A DNA stretch of 64,000 nucleotides. Origin: Haliotis rubra. Lineage: Eukaryota. The position numbers and the translations under genes are program-made. The DNA lies in the NCBI RefSeq assembly GCF_003918875.1, contig NW_025766281.1, positions 1,178,001-1,242,000 on the forward strand, written 5' to 3'. Under the pieces are notes generated by a model that was not told the origin of the DNA, ran no database searches, and was given only the letters and a program-made list of their open reading frames with translations. Positions within the stretch are counted from its first letter, which is position 1. Every line of letters starts with the position of its first letter. Shown one piece after another: positions 25,590 through 37,885 of this stretch.

Positions 25590-26136
25590 CATTTCCGACA
25601 GTACTTTAGTGCATGCTCAAGGCGCTGGTATTTTTTACCTCGATCATTGGATGTCAATCTCAACGGCACATCTTATTATCAATCTCAACTCCCTGGGGAG
25701 CATACAACTCCTGCTGCCACAATGCGCATGCCCACCGAGTTATTGTGGCTTTCCCATCCTAACTATGTTAAGCCCATTTATGGTACCCATTCACATATTG
25801 CTAAAAGCGGCGTAAAACTAAACTCAGTCAGTCAGTCAGCCATCCTAACCAGGTACCCATTCACAGCTGGGTGGACTGGGACGCATAGTCACAAGTACGT
25901 TGCTGTACCCGCAACTAGGTGTTTGCACGTGGCCACCATCTGGTCATATACCAACGTATTCGTGGGTTCTTTTAAGTGCACAGCGTGTACTGTACACTAG
26001 GGGTTGTGACAACACTGAAAGAGTCTGCAGACAAAGTTGACTCCAAGATTTTTACACCCGGTCACAGGTGGGCTCGATCCCGGCACCTCATGCTCGCTGG
26101 ATCACTAGCCTGGCGCCTTAGCCAGCTCGCCCACCA
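25590..26136 (-). mobile_element. SINE family C with a nested 5'-truncated family A tail
   Basis: Aligns with 5570-6084. The insert at 25764-25839 is flanked by CCATCCTAAC repeats. Confidence 0.8.
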
Positions 26137-27070
26137 TGCATGTCATCGTGCCCCTGCTACATGAATTGTAGCTCATAATATCAGTCACTGGTTTTTCTGG
26201 TTTGCCAGAAATAGCGCTGTGCTGCTTGCGCGGTAAACAACGAACTCTAATTTATTCCATTTTTCCAACGATACCATTCGTATCTGCAGCTAATCTATAC
26301 CAGTTTACATCGATCTGGTGTACTTAATACGGCAGCAACCACTGAGTGTTTGTTCTGCGGATTTATTCTCTCTCCATGTCAATGTGTGCATTTGGCACTG
26401 ATTGTTCAACGATGAATGTTTCTTGGGGATTTAAATCATAAAAAGCCATTAATATTATTCCCCATTCTTGTACGGCGTATATCTATACAGAAAGTAACCT
26501 ACCTCATTTCTTCTCATAAGGGTCTTTTTGGACGTTAATCTCCAGAAGCGCCGATTACAATTCAATACACCTAGTGCCGGTTTTAGATTAAATAACTTCT
26601 TCCAATACGATGACAAATCATACATGGCTGATTTTGTGCAGGTTCTTATCGAAGTCAGTTTGTTCTATACAAATATTATCGATCAAATGAATACAAATTG
26701 CTCTATTACACATCTTCAATCAATAGTTCTTGCTCAATTTACTAATGAATTAAGAGTTAGCTTTGATTTATGATACTGAGACGTTGCTTTTAGAAAACTG
26801 GATTATCGGGTCTGTTTGTCACTTGATTGTCTGGTTTGGTTTTACAGGACGCCGTCGCAAGCTTTTAAGGCAGTTGTGGTGCTGGTCGGCGTCAGGCAAA
26901 AATACTCGACATGGCAAATTTTGAGAATGGCGGGTGCTACCGGGGGAAAGACATGTTTACACTTTTCAGCTACACCTGGTGCAACTCTGATTGTCAGTTT
27001 TCCCATTCATATACTTTCCACAACTATTTTGCCCCTTACATCTGATATTTTCTCCTCATAGTCAAGACTA

Positions 27071-28220
27071 CAGTCTGTTTGACTAGAAAGTGTCCCCAGG
27101 AATTGCTAAATATATCAGCTTAGAAAGGTAGTTAATAAATATTACGAGGCAAGATGTTCAGGAATAACCTATACCCAAACATCTTTTTAGCTATTAGAAA
27201 TTGTCATGCATCATAGAAAAAGTTGTTTAACAAACTATCATTATAAACATGATTGAACATTGACAGTTGGCGCGGAGGGGCGCACGGCAACAACGGGAAT
27301 AGACAGGTGCGGAAGGGAGCGTCTCAAAATCTATTCTGAATAATCTGTGACTTCTTCATCAGTGGCATCACAGTCAGAGCTGAAAATAACAAGCGGCGCG
27401 ACAGTTGCCTGCTGGAGACCATCACGGGACCAGTAACCTGCTTCAGTGTCACTGACAACCTTAGTTATACAGTGTTGCCACATGTCAACAGTGATCAAGG
27501 CCTCAACGTCACGTAATTTAAACGTGGTATGTGATCTTGCAACGTCACCTTTTAGAATACCCAATATCGTCTCGATTGGATTTAGATCACAATGATATGG
27601 TGGTAGCCGCAATATTTCATGACCTTTGCCTTTAATGTAAGTGTCTACTTTGTATACAGGGTCTTGTTTGTGTGGTTTGATGATTTAGTACAGCTGAGGC
27701 TTTATCACTTTCCACGGGATGTTGAATTGTGAAGCCAAGCAATCATATCGTCCTTACGATTGTTAGACGTCGGAGTTTTGCTGTTCGGATCCTGCACGCT
27801 GTGGTATGGCGCATTGTCCATGACTATAAGGTACTTATTTGGCAAAGCTGGAACTAACTTATTTTGAACCCACTCGAAGAAAACGTCTCCATTCATCTCT
27901 GAACACCAGATCACAACCAGGTAGGAAGCCATGGCTGTACGGTGAACTTCATTTCGTCATCGGCACACAGCAGTTCTCACGAAATGCCCGTGCATCAGAT
28001 GCACCTGTCTATTCCTGCCAACTGTCAATGTTCAATCATGTTTATAATGATGATAGTTTGTTAAAGAACTTTTTCTGTGATGCATGACAATTTCCAATAG
28101 CTGTAAAGGTGTTTTGGTATAGGTTATTCCTGAACATCTTGCCTCGTGATATTTATTAACTACCTTTCTAAACTGATATATTAAGCAATTCCTGGGGGCA
28201 CTTTCTAGTCAAACAGACTG
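27071..28220 (-). mobile_element. Internally deleted Sailor (DD82E)-like DNA transposon
   Basis: About 200-bp TIRs (27071-27271, 28017-28220) starting CAGTCTGTTTGACTAGAAAGTG, with TA on both flanks. Inside: EMNGDVFFEWVQNKLVPALP..IVMDNAPYHS..EILRLPPYHCDLNPIE, about 81 residues between D and E, one frameshift and one stop. Confidence 0.88.
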
Positions 28221-28479
28221 TAGGTATTCTTTAGCACTGACGAAGGTGACATGTTTTCGCCAAAACCTCGAAACACAGTTTTTCTCCAGGGATCGAGTCA
28301 TATAATTGTCACCACTATTTCGCCTTTTAAACCAAGTGGTGTCATACCGTGTCATACCGTGGTATAAAATCGTTATCGAAACTGATGTATTGTCGTCTTT
28401 TATATTGACAAAGGGGGCTAAAGTGACACATGTCACGTCTTTGACTAAACAAACAAGCCTGTTGTGGTGGTGTCTAGTG

Positions 28480-28770
28480 ATGTGCATGGAGCAGGTTGGT
28501 CGAAGACAGTCGTTCGATGGGTGACCGTGTTTGGCAGTGTGATTCATGTGAGTTTCTTAGACTTCAGTCCTGCCCCACAACGACGCACACATGACACATC
28601 GCTTCTGTTCACCAAGCAGTGAATGGGTACCCAGTGGGATAAGTCATGTGACTATTAACCTTCTAACGCCTCACAGGCAGCTTGGGTTATCCGGGGTAAT
28701 TAGCACTTTGAGGATGCACAAGTGCGTGGAAACAGGCGCTTTATAAATGGCCATTATTATATATTATTGA
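28480..28770 (+). mobile_element. SINE with CACCAAGCAGTGAATGGGTACC core and L2-like tail
   Basis: Core motif shared with family C; ends GGCGCTTTATAAATGGCC(ATT)n. Fragments on the minus strand near 34790-34860, 47870-47940 and 58050-58130. Confidence 0.6.
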
Positions 28771-29395
28771 AACCATTAAACCCAAAGGTTAATTAAACCC
28801 TGTCAACTCGTGAGTTACAGTGCTGCGGTTATTTCCATGCTACACAGGTCCAACTCCTCTATTACATGTCAGTGTAATTAATGGTCTAATACGTTCTTGA
28901 AAGGCGCTCTGGGCGTCATGGAAGATGTGAGGTATTTCAGTGGTTTGGGAGTAATGACAAGCCAGAGGCTGCTGTACCAAGTTTCCACTTCATGTAAAGG
29001 CCTGTCAGCAATGTCGTAACGTAGCATTGCTCAGGTTCTTGCAGCCTGAAACATAAAAGCTTTCGATTAGATTTTGATTGCCCAATTTCAGAGTCCACAA
29101 TTACCAGGACATTGTATCTGTGATGTCTCGAGGTCAATAGTTTTTTTCAGAAGCATCACTCAGACTTTCATCTGGAAAGGTTCTTTGAACCAGCGTTTTC
29201 TGAACATACCCTGGTAGCGTTGGTGTGTTGATTGATGCTGTGTTTAAGGGTTTAAAAGGACGGTCGTGTCTCAGCTACATCCGAGGAAATATGTCAGCGG
29301 CAATCTTACTACTCTACGGGCGGTTTGTGAGGCATTTTGCCATTTCAAGGCCGGTGCCACCATGTCCGCCAACATATATGTCCACCAACATACAA

Positions 29396-29435
<40 letters not shown>

Positions 29436-29446
29436 GCGTGTGCGCG
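29396..29446. repeat. (TG)n microsatellite
   Basis: Direct reading. Confidence 0.98.
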
Positions 29447-31209
29447 TATACATATGTGGTTACTTGAGGATAGATAAACACTTGCCTATCACACGATTCA
29501 CGAAATTTCGGTACAATGCGAGAAATACCCAATGTTTTGCGTTGCCGCTCTACCGAACTTTGGTTAATATTGACACTTTTTGTTTGCGTTATTTTTTTTA
29601 CACTAATAAAGGTGATAACGTGATAGTGTGACTTGTAGGATGCCATGTGTGTTTTAGAATGTTCATTTGTAAATATTGTCTGAGTACATAGGTGACAGAA
29701 AACCAATACTGAAACTAATTCGAGATGATAAGACGATAATACTCTTAGGACAACCGTGTTTTCATGCAATCGCTTTCGTTGAAATGTCCATTGGAAAAAA
29801 CCCAAAACACGTTTGACATACGGATAGCATCCTTGAGGGTATAGCGTGATTCTGTCAGACAGCAGCAAACATCCCCTCCCCGAGAGCCGTGGCCAGGGAC
29901 CGTATGGGACACACCTGTCATCGTTCTTGTTGAATAATGGATGTGTATGTAATCCGCCTTGCACTACTCATTCTTGACAAACCCGTATGGTATTGTAGAA
30001 TTTACTTTGTGCTTCACTGGGATCGTTCTTTATTACAAAACAGATTGTTGTCTCATATGTGATATACATTTGCTGTGAATGAGCCATGAATATTCATTTT
30101 CAAATTCCTATGTGAAACACTCCAAAGATATATCACTTTGGTTTGAGGCATTTTTGTTTTAAGAAACTAAATGGGAATACACGCTTGGGATTTCTGGGGA
30201 TTTCTTTTTCTTTCTTTTTGAACCGATTCTCAATGAGAAACACATATTCAGTGCTTCAACGTTATTGATGATCAAGTTTAAAAAATACTCGTAAACCAAT
30301 TCAATGAATATAATAGATGGATTCTAGAAAAATTGTGAATTGACAGCATTGTTGAACTTTTCTCAACACAGATTTTCCGGCAATACGGGTTGTATGTTCA
30401 CATATTTGGGCGTTGGGCTTCATATCGCATTTAGTGTGCAAATAGTAGTTGGTATGCTCTTTTATTTTAAAAACCCAACCTGTAAGATTTCTTTATGCTT
30501 GTTTGCGCCCTTTCTGATGTAATACGTTATAAATATAGTAATAGAGGGTGTAATTCATGTCTGCGGTTTAGCGATTCTATGACGTGTTACTGTTTGTTTA
30601 AAAGCGTTCAATTATTTCGCCGTTCGTATGTTAGATAATCATATTGTGAAGAAAATAAAAATGAAAGATTTATTGGAAAAGAAAAACTAAGAAAGTTAAA
30701 TGAAGCCAGACTTTGCATTAAGGTATATCAGAGATTTGTTCCACCAACAATGATATTGTATCTACATCACCTCCTGATCCACGAAATATCGTCTACGTCT
30801 CGCCATCACCGCGAGACTTGTAACGAGGACCGAGGCTGGGCACACAGACAGGTCTATTGAATTCTCGTGACATAGCCCTGTAGACGTACGTAGTCTAATT
30901 ACTGCCGTCGATTTTCTCCTCATCACAAAAAACAGTAATGAACACATTTAGATGGCAGACAAGTAGGAGAACATTGCTCCACGCAGCATCAACAACATGA
31001 GAGACAAGCCATCAAAGGACAATCGTGGGCTTAACGTCCCCGGATGTAGTGCTATAGGTTTCCCCGGTGCTTCCATACCAGTCTTAGAATAATGACGGGG
31101 CCATTTATCCACGATTGGCTAGTAGTGGCTGACTTAAATCATAGAATGGGTTGTTTCAAAATATTTCTAACGATCTCACGAGCGGAAATATATAATTTTG
31201 ATGGAAAGT

Positions 31210-31369
31210 GTGAGTGAGTTTAGTTTTACGCCACCTTTAGCAATATTCCAGCAATATCAGGGCGGGGGACACCAGAAATGGGCTTCACACATTGTACCTA
31301 TGTGGGTCCGAACCCGGGTTTTCGGCGTGACTAGGGAACGCTTTAACCACTAGGCTACCCCACCGTCCC
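31210..31369 (-). mobile_element. SINE family A with 12-bp TSD
   Basis: TTGATGGAAAGT at 31198-31209 and 31370-31381. Confidence 0.9.
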
Positions 31370-31615
31370 TTGATGGAAAGTAAGAACTTCATTATATCTG
31401 ATGAACATGAGGAGCATCTTGACTTGCTTCATGTTTCGTTTAGGGTGTCAAATGTCACTTTTTACAATTTTGTATTTCTTTAATTCGTACTTGTTCATAT
31501 TGGTTCATTGTTGTTTTGCTAGTCAGAAAAGGCCAGCCATGGAGATCCGGGTTAGAATTGGTCACCTGCAACCCATGCTTGTCGTAAGAGGCGCCTAACG
31601 AGGCTCGCTGACCTG

Positions 31616-31870
31616 GCCCCGATTTCTCGAAAGTCTGAGTGTTTACTCAAATTTGAGAAAACGCAGGAAAATACATTTCCCAGAATAAACTGAAATCAAT
31701 ATTAAACTCAAACATAGTAGACAATTTGGGTTTGGTGGATAGATTACTTAAGTTGTTTTGGCTTTTTTTATTTAAAAAATGAAGTTGAGTTAAAAATTCA
31801 TCTGTTTCAAATTGTCAAACTCAGTTTGAAATTTGAGTAAAAACTTAAGTTTGTTTCGAGAAATCGGGGC
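31616..31870. mobile_element. PIF/Harbinger-like MITE nested in a family B SINE
   Basis: TIRs GCCCCGATTTCTCGAAA / TTTCGAGAAATCGGGGC plus subterminal inverted TTTACTCAAATTT. 3-bp CTG duplication; family B sequence continues across it. Confidence 0.85.
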
Positions 31871-33409
31871 CTGGTTGACACATGTCATCGTATCGGATCT
31901 TCACGGGCACTTAAACATATACAAGCACGGGGTTGTGTTGACTGCTACAAAAACGTAGACTTAATACATACATGTGTCGATTCTGCCACCTGATTTTATC
32001 AACAGATTCTCACAAATATTCATTCCTGGGCTATAGGAATTTAAAAGAACTTGAAGGTGATACAATCAATCATGTAAGACTTGGTATCATTTTCTATGTA
32101 AATGTTATTTCGCGTGGTTATTTCTAGGGGTTGACAAATATCCAACTATTTCAATATTCAATTGATTTAAAACCCCATTGGCAACAGTCAGCAATACGTA
32201 TGTTATCTCGTCTCGTTATGTAGTTTGAATATATAATCTCATTTGAGAAACCTGGTTACTTCTCTTCGGTCATTCACAGTTTTATTTATTCATTGATTGA
32301 TGTTATTTATTCATTTGTTCATTCACTCATTCATTGGCGGCACAGATGGCAGTTACTGTACTTCACATTTGAGAGTTGCGTCCCTTTGGCGTTCCACAAA
32401 ACTATGATTGTGAGTTCGAATCCCGGTTGCCTTTATTATGGTTTTAGGAGTGTCAACACATTACCATATGGGTTATCAAGGTTGGTAAATGTCGAGGAGC
32501 TGCATCACTAAGAGATTACACTGATGAAGCTCAATGTGGGTTAAAACCCAACTCACTCACTCACTCACTCACGCATTCCTTCTGTTCATACGTATATCAA
32601 TTGCAAAATATCACACAGGTGATGTACGTTTCATTCATTCATTCATTGATTTTTTCACTCATTGAGGGCACAGATGGTATGTTGTCTCAGGTGCTGAAGT
32701 TCGGAGTGAAGACTTGCGATCATTTGACGTGTCGCAAAACAATGATTGTGGGTTTGAATCCAGTTTGCCTTATTTTCAATATCTTACCTGGAGCTCGAGT
32801 GTTCATCAAGGGTGGTAAATGTCGAACACCTGCATCACTGTCGAATACAATTTCACTGATGTAACTGAAATACTGTGAAAACCCAATTCCGTAACTCAGC
32901 TATGCATTCCTTCTGTTGATACGCCCAGTTCATGAATCAACAGACAGTCTTAATGCCTTTATGTACTTAGAAAGCAGAACCATGATCCTCAAGTAGTTTC
33001 TTCAGCAGGGCAATATAATTCACAACAGCAATTCATCAAATCATCAGTAACATTTGTGCTTTATTTATGTCATTGACCTTTCCACCGTCAAATGCATGTC
33101 AAACAAAATTCCTCTTTTTCGCATTTTTAACGATGGTATACAAGTGTTTTTATCTTTGGTCTTCAGTTCAGTTGTTAAGTTATACAATGTTTATCTTCAC
33201 AAGACATACTATGTGTATACCAATGTACAGAAACATGATATAATAATGTCTGTAGAAAACATGGAACCTGATAGACACGGGCAATGTTTGTATGGTACAA
33301 ATGTAGGCAGTGCAGTTACGAACCAATAGCGTTAGCTTTAAATTCAAAGACTAAAGGTTGGCCCCTTTAACAAAAGTAATATGCAACAATGGCCTTCATG
33401 CTGAAAAAA

Positions 33410-33580
33410 AATGATGATGATGATGATGGTGATGACGATGATCGATGGCCACGTCCGAAAGCAACTATTAATATGAACTTGACATCATCTGGCACAATAA
33501 TGCAAGCGGTGGTGATCATGATAACAACGATGCTGGTGATGCTGCTGCTGCTGATGATGATGATAGTGGTGATGTTGGTG
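33410..33580. repeat. (GAT)n-rich microsatellite
   Basis: Paralogous tracts at about 46160-46292 and 56427-56540. Confidence 0.9.
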
Positions 33581-35623
33581 ACCACGTTCGAAAACACTGC
33601 ACAAAAAATGACATTAATACAGCATCATTTGGCACAATAATGCATTAGGCTCAATATCCATGTCTCGTTTTAGTGTTCTCTTATACAAGGTAAAATATGG
33701 ATATTTATCAAGTTGTCCGTAATACTCCTTATCATGTTAATCTGTCACAGTTGTCGAGTGCAATCAACATCATATCGTGATTAATGACACTAACGTGAGA
33801 CATGAAAGCATGTTACTGTCACGTTTTAATGGAGCTGACATGCATTCCTCATTCAATGGGAATGCCAACAGTGACGTTATACTCTGGCTTTTATCTCATT
33901 CTGTTTTAGGAATGTGAATATTTTATCCGACACAATTATGACATCAATTACAGTCCCGTGTCAGACAATCCATCAACTGACTGTTTGTGTTGGCTAGAAG
34001 TGTTTGTTTGATGCCAGTCTGGATAACATTGTTCACGGAATGCTGGTCGTTAATTAAACACTGAGGAACTAAAACAAATCCGGCAGGGTTGGGTCTTCCA
34101 TTAATAGCTGGGACTCTCAGGCTATGTCAATTATTAATGTGTTATTGACTGCTGGTGTACTTTGCACGAATTAATCTACTAAAGCGCATGGAGTTAAAAA
34201 CTGACACCACACGAATCACGCTGCTTAACAGGTACAATTAGAATCTATCAACACAGTGTCTATCCGGAGACTGTTTGATATCAGTGGGTGGCACATGTTT
34301 GAAAAACACCGCCATTAAACTTTTAAAGGCTCTACTGAGGGGCTCTCATACATGCATTCAGTTGGTTGTGTGTGTCACGTGACGTTACTTCAAGGTACTC
34401 CATCAGGGATAACGTGCGTACCTCATCACCTGGTAACTTCGTTTACAAACATAGTAGTCCACGTTATGCAGTCAGCATGCGATGTGTTTTTGGAACACTC
34501 GTCTGTTATATCGATTTTCTTTTTAAACTCCCTTTTGAGTATATCACCCACGATGTCTGTCTAGAAAACCCGTGAAGATCTGGGTTAGAGTTCAGTAACC
34601 CATGCTTGTCGTAAGAGGCGACAAACATGATCGGATGGTCAGACTCACTGACTTGGTTGACACATGTCATCAAATCCCAATTACGTATATCGATGCTCAT
34701 GTTGTTGATCACTGGATTGTCTGTTCCAGGCATAATTATTTACAGACAGCCGCATATATCATGTGTTCGAAACGTTACACTATTTTGTCAGGAGGTTAAC
34801 CCTGACATTATCATCTCAACCTGTCGGGTACCCATTCACTGCTGGGTGACCAGAGGCATATATGTAACTATGATATTTGCCCATTGAGACGCAACATGTG
34901 CTTTACAGGCTTTTGTTGGTTCATTAGTCATATATCATATTCCATCCCCCTACGGAAGAGGATCGACGTTGGCAGTCTGGTAAGCGTTCGCCCGTTACTC
35001 GAAAACAAGGTTTGAAACCTCACATGGGTTTAATGGATGCTCTCCGACGTGATGTGTTTGAAAATGTGCGGAAAGTGTCAAATTATTATTCTCTTTCAAT
35101 CACTACACAAATATGAAACGATGTTTACCTATCAAGCTATCTTGTAAATAATTACCATAAAACGTTCAGCGTTTATTTGAATTTGAGACCTTTTTGTCAT
35201 ATCTTGACATCCGACGTCCTGCTCCTTGAACTCCAGGCACGACATCGGGTGTCTTCATGATCATATTCATGGATGTCTGCTCACAAGTATTCACGCATGA
35301 AAGCAGACCCGGTGTATAAAACATTGTTTACTTGCGCCAGAAACGAATATCACACATATGTACACACTTCATGAAAAATGCACTACTGGACGCATAAACT
35401 AATTTTACTCACAGAACAATATTCACACAACCTTCTTCCCGTCCTACGATTCGAGACTGAGTGCATGTATAACATTAAATATCTTAATGGACACGACATT
35501 GCTAGAAAATATCATGTCGAAACAATTGACACTTTTCTTTTTTATACACATGTCAAAATACTGGACAAATTTGGAATTTTAATTTAAAAAACCCAAACCC
35601 CCAAAACTAAAAAAAACATGAAA

Positions 35624-36242
35624 CTAAAATCCCATCTTGACCTCGCATAATGGCGAATGACTGGGGCTGGAACCAACAGACGGAAGAGGCTTACATGGAG
35701 AGGTGGCGCTGTCCGAGTCATGTGTTGTCACAGTATATCTGTTATTCAAAACGAGGCTCTTGGACGGCCTGGTTGCAAGGTGTCTGGTATTCGGCCTTTC
35801 AACACCAACAATCTCCTCCCCTCTCTCCATGTCACTCTCATTTGCTTGATGAGAGTTGTCTCCCTTTGAAGAGTTATTTCCCTTACTTGACACATTGTTC
35901 TTCCTTTGTTCCGACAAATAACTTCGTGAGTCTGTAAATGTTGCCCTCCTTGGTGTAACTGGTATGGAAGCAGTCTTCCCGACTCCGCTTCCAAAATTTG
36001 GGATTTCGTTCCCAAATCGATATATGCTCGTTGCTGAAGCATCAGTGGAAGTCTTTTTCTTCTGATTGGTTTCCAGGATTGGTTGTAATGGCGGCTTTGA
36101 GGCGGAGGGCTCTCTTGGGGTTCAAAACAGGCTGGGTGTTGGTTGAAGAAGGGGTGTTGATTTTAATCTCTTCCTCTGTGGGTGTTTCAGACGGAGTCGT
36201 CTTTTTCGTTCGGTTTCTCTTGTTCCGGACAAGTCTGAAAAA
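35624..36242 (-). pseudogene. Truncated, frameshifted paralog of the Sushi-TM gene last exon (cytoplasmic tail only)
   Basis: FFRLVRNKRNR..SPLCEVKMGF is split over several frames. It has small deletions relative to 58873-59511, and the TM segment and acceptor are missing. Confidence 0.9.
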
Positions 36243-36301
36243 TGTCTTTATCATAAGGTAGATGGCGTTAGGGGGTAGTTGACTATTTTATATTAACTAG
36301 A

Positions 36302-36464
36302 CTGACTGAGTTTAGTTTTACGCCGCTTTTAGCAATATTCCAGCAACATCACGGCGGGGGACACCAGAAATGGGCTTCACACATTGTACTCATGTGGGGA
36401 TTCGAACCCGGGTCTTCGGCATGACGAAGCCAACGCTTTAACAACAAGGCTACCCCACCGCCCC
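36302..36464 (-). mobile_element. SINE family A with 12-bp TSD, absent in the paralogs
   Basis: ATATTAACTAGA at 36290-36301 and 36465-36476; single-copy empty site near 49260. Confidence 0.92.
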
Positions 36465-37747
36465 ATATTAACTAGAATGTAGATTGCTACGTGACGTGAC
36501 CTGTTGATTAATGCAGCACTCAGCAACTGACCAACTATATGATGGCTGTAAATACTCGTGTCTGGACCAGACAATCCAGACGTCATGAACATGGGGCTAT
36601 CAATGATCCCTTTAGGCACCTCTTACGACCTACAAGGGCTGATAAAGACCAATTTTATCCCATATCTATATCCCAAAGCTGCGTGACGAAATGTGAAATA
36701 AGTCAATTGGATAGTGAAAGACAATTCAGTAAAATTATAGCAGATGTCCACTTTATGTCCGTCATTGGTTGTTAAAAGTATTATTTAAAAAATGTCCTAG
36801 GTCCTTCAACACAAATCTCCCTTTGCTTACAATTAAGTAAATATCACCCCGCACAGTTATTCGTTGTTCATTTCAACCGTTGACACATGACGTTAGTTGC
36901 CAGCTGATATGTCCCCCTAGTCCGACCAACGTTCACACATTGTCATACCATCCTTCGTGTATGACGACATGCTCTCAATTTATGTCGCTTCTAATTGTGT
37001 TGCAATGTGTTAACCATGACAGAGGGGCGACTCTTTCTGGGAATTATGGGACTTCGGGATAGGACATGAAAAATTGGTCCAGAATCAATGTGACGTTTAC
37101 GACGGTAGTTATTTGTCGGAAGACAGTTTTGTGAATAGTTCAACTTGACACCGCTGTGTGTTGGACATAGAGGGACAGTCGTATTGCATGTTGAAGACAA
37201 GTAGCATGTGGTTGTATACATAGTTTATGTTTCCTCTGTCTGGCGTTGAGGTAGGGGCCGACACCGACGGTACACGTAATCGTTTCCAACATGCTAATGT
37301 TTTTGTCTTGTGCATATTTTGACCGTGAGTTGTAATAAGTCTTGCTACAGCGTTGTCCGAGGGTCCGTTATGTCGTATTAACAGACTTCCGTCACTTGCA
37401 ATAGATTCCTTAAACTTCGTTTCATTCACAAGGAACCTTTTAGAGATTGGCACCGAGCACGGTTTTCAAGCGCTGCTTAATTCCAAAAATGAGGAGTACT
37501 ATCCCACTATGTTGTTTGTCCATTTGTGATGTCACGTTTAACGGATGACATCGCATTTCAACTATGAAGCATTGTCAGGCACCATGAACAGCTCAACGCC
37601 GTAATGGATCCCAGTTATCCAGATCCACCTATTGTCTATTGTGGTACTTATGACACAGGTATTCATTCTCGGACACGCAAGATTCGACGGAAGGCTACCT
37701 CTGATTAACACTAAATTGGTGTGATGTGTATGTATCATGAATGAATG

Positions 37748-37885
37748 AGTGAGTGAGTGAGTAAGTATGGTTTTACGCCCTTTAGCAATATTCCAGCAGT
37801 ATCACGGCTGGGTACAGCAGAAATGGGCTTCACACATTGTACCCATGTGAGGAATCGAACCCAGTTCTGGAGCGTGACGAGCGGA
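37748..37885 (-). mobile_element. SINE family A, degenerate
   Basis: (GAGT)n tail and family A body. Confidence 0.75.

Larger units (their letters stand above)
28230..31205 (-). repeat. Inverted paralog of about 38845-41000 (and about 49880-51850)
   Basis: 28800-29260 is the reverse complement of 40320-40740, and 30770-31205 of 38845-39275. Confidence 0.9.

Noticed and set aside
29271-29964. 216-aa and HT/CV-repeat ORFs
   Set aside because: Driven by the (TG)n microsatellite and not preserved in the inverted paralogs.
33367-33640. Poly-Asp, poly-Ile and TM-like ORFs (also 56339-56563)
   Set aside because: (GAT)n microsatellite translations.
37109-37453. 114-aa minus-strand ORF
   Set aside because: No recognisable domain, no true ATG start and no clear splice signals.
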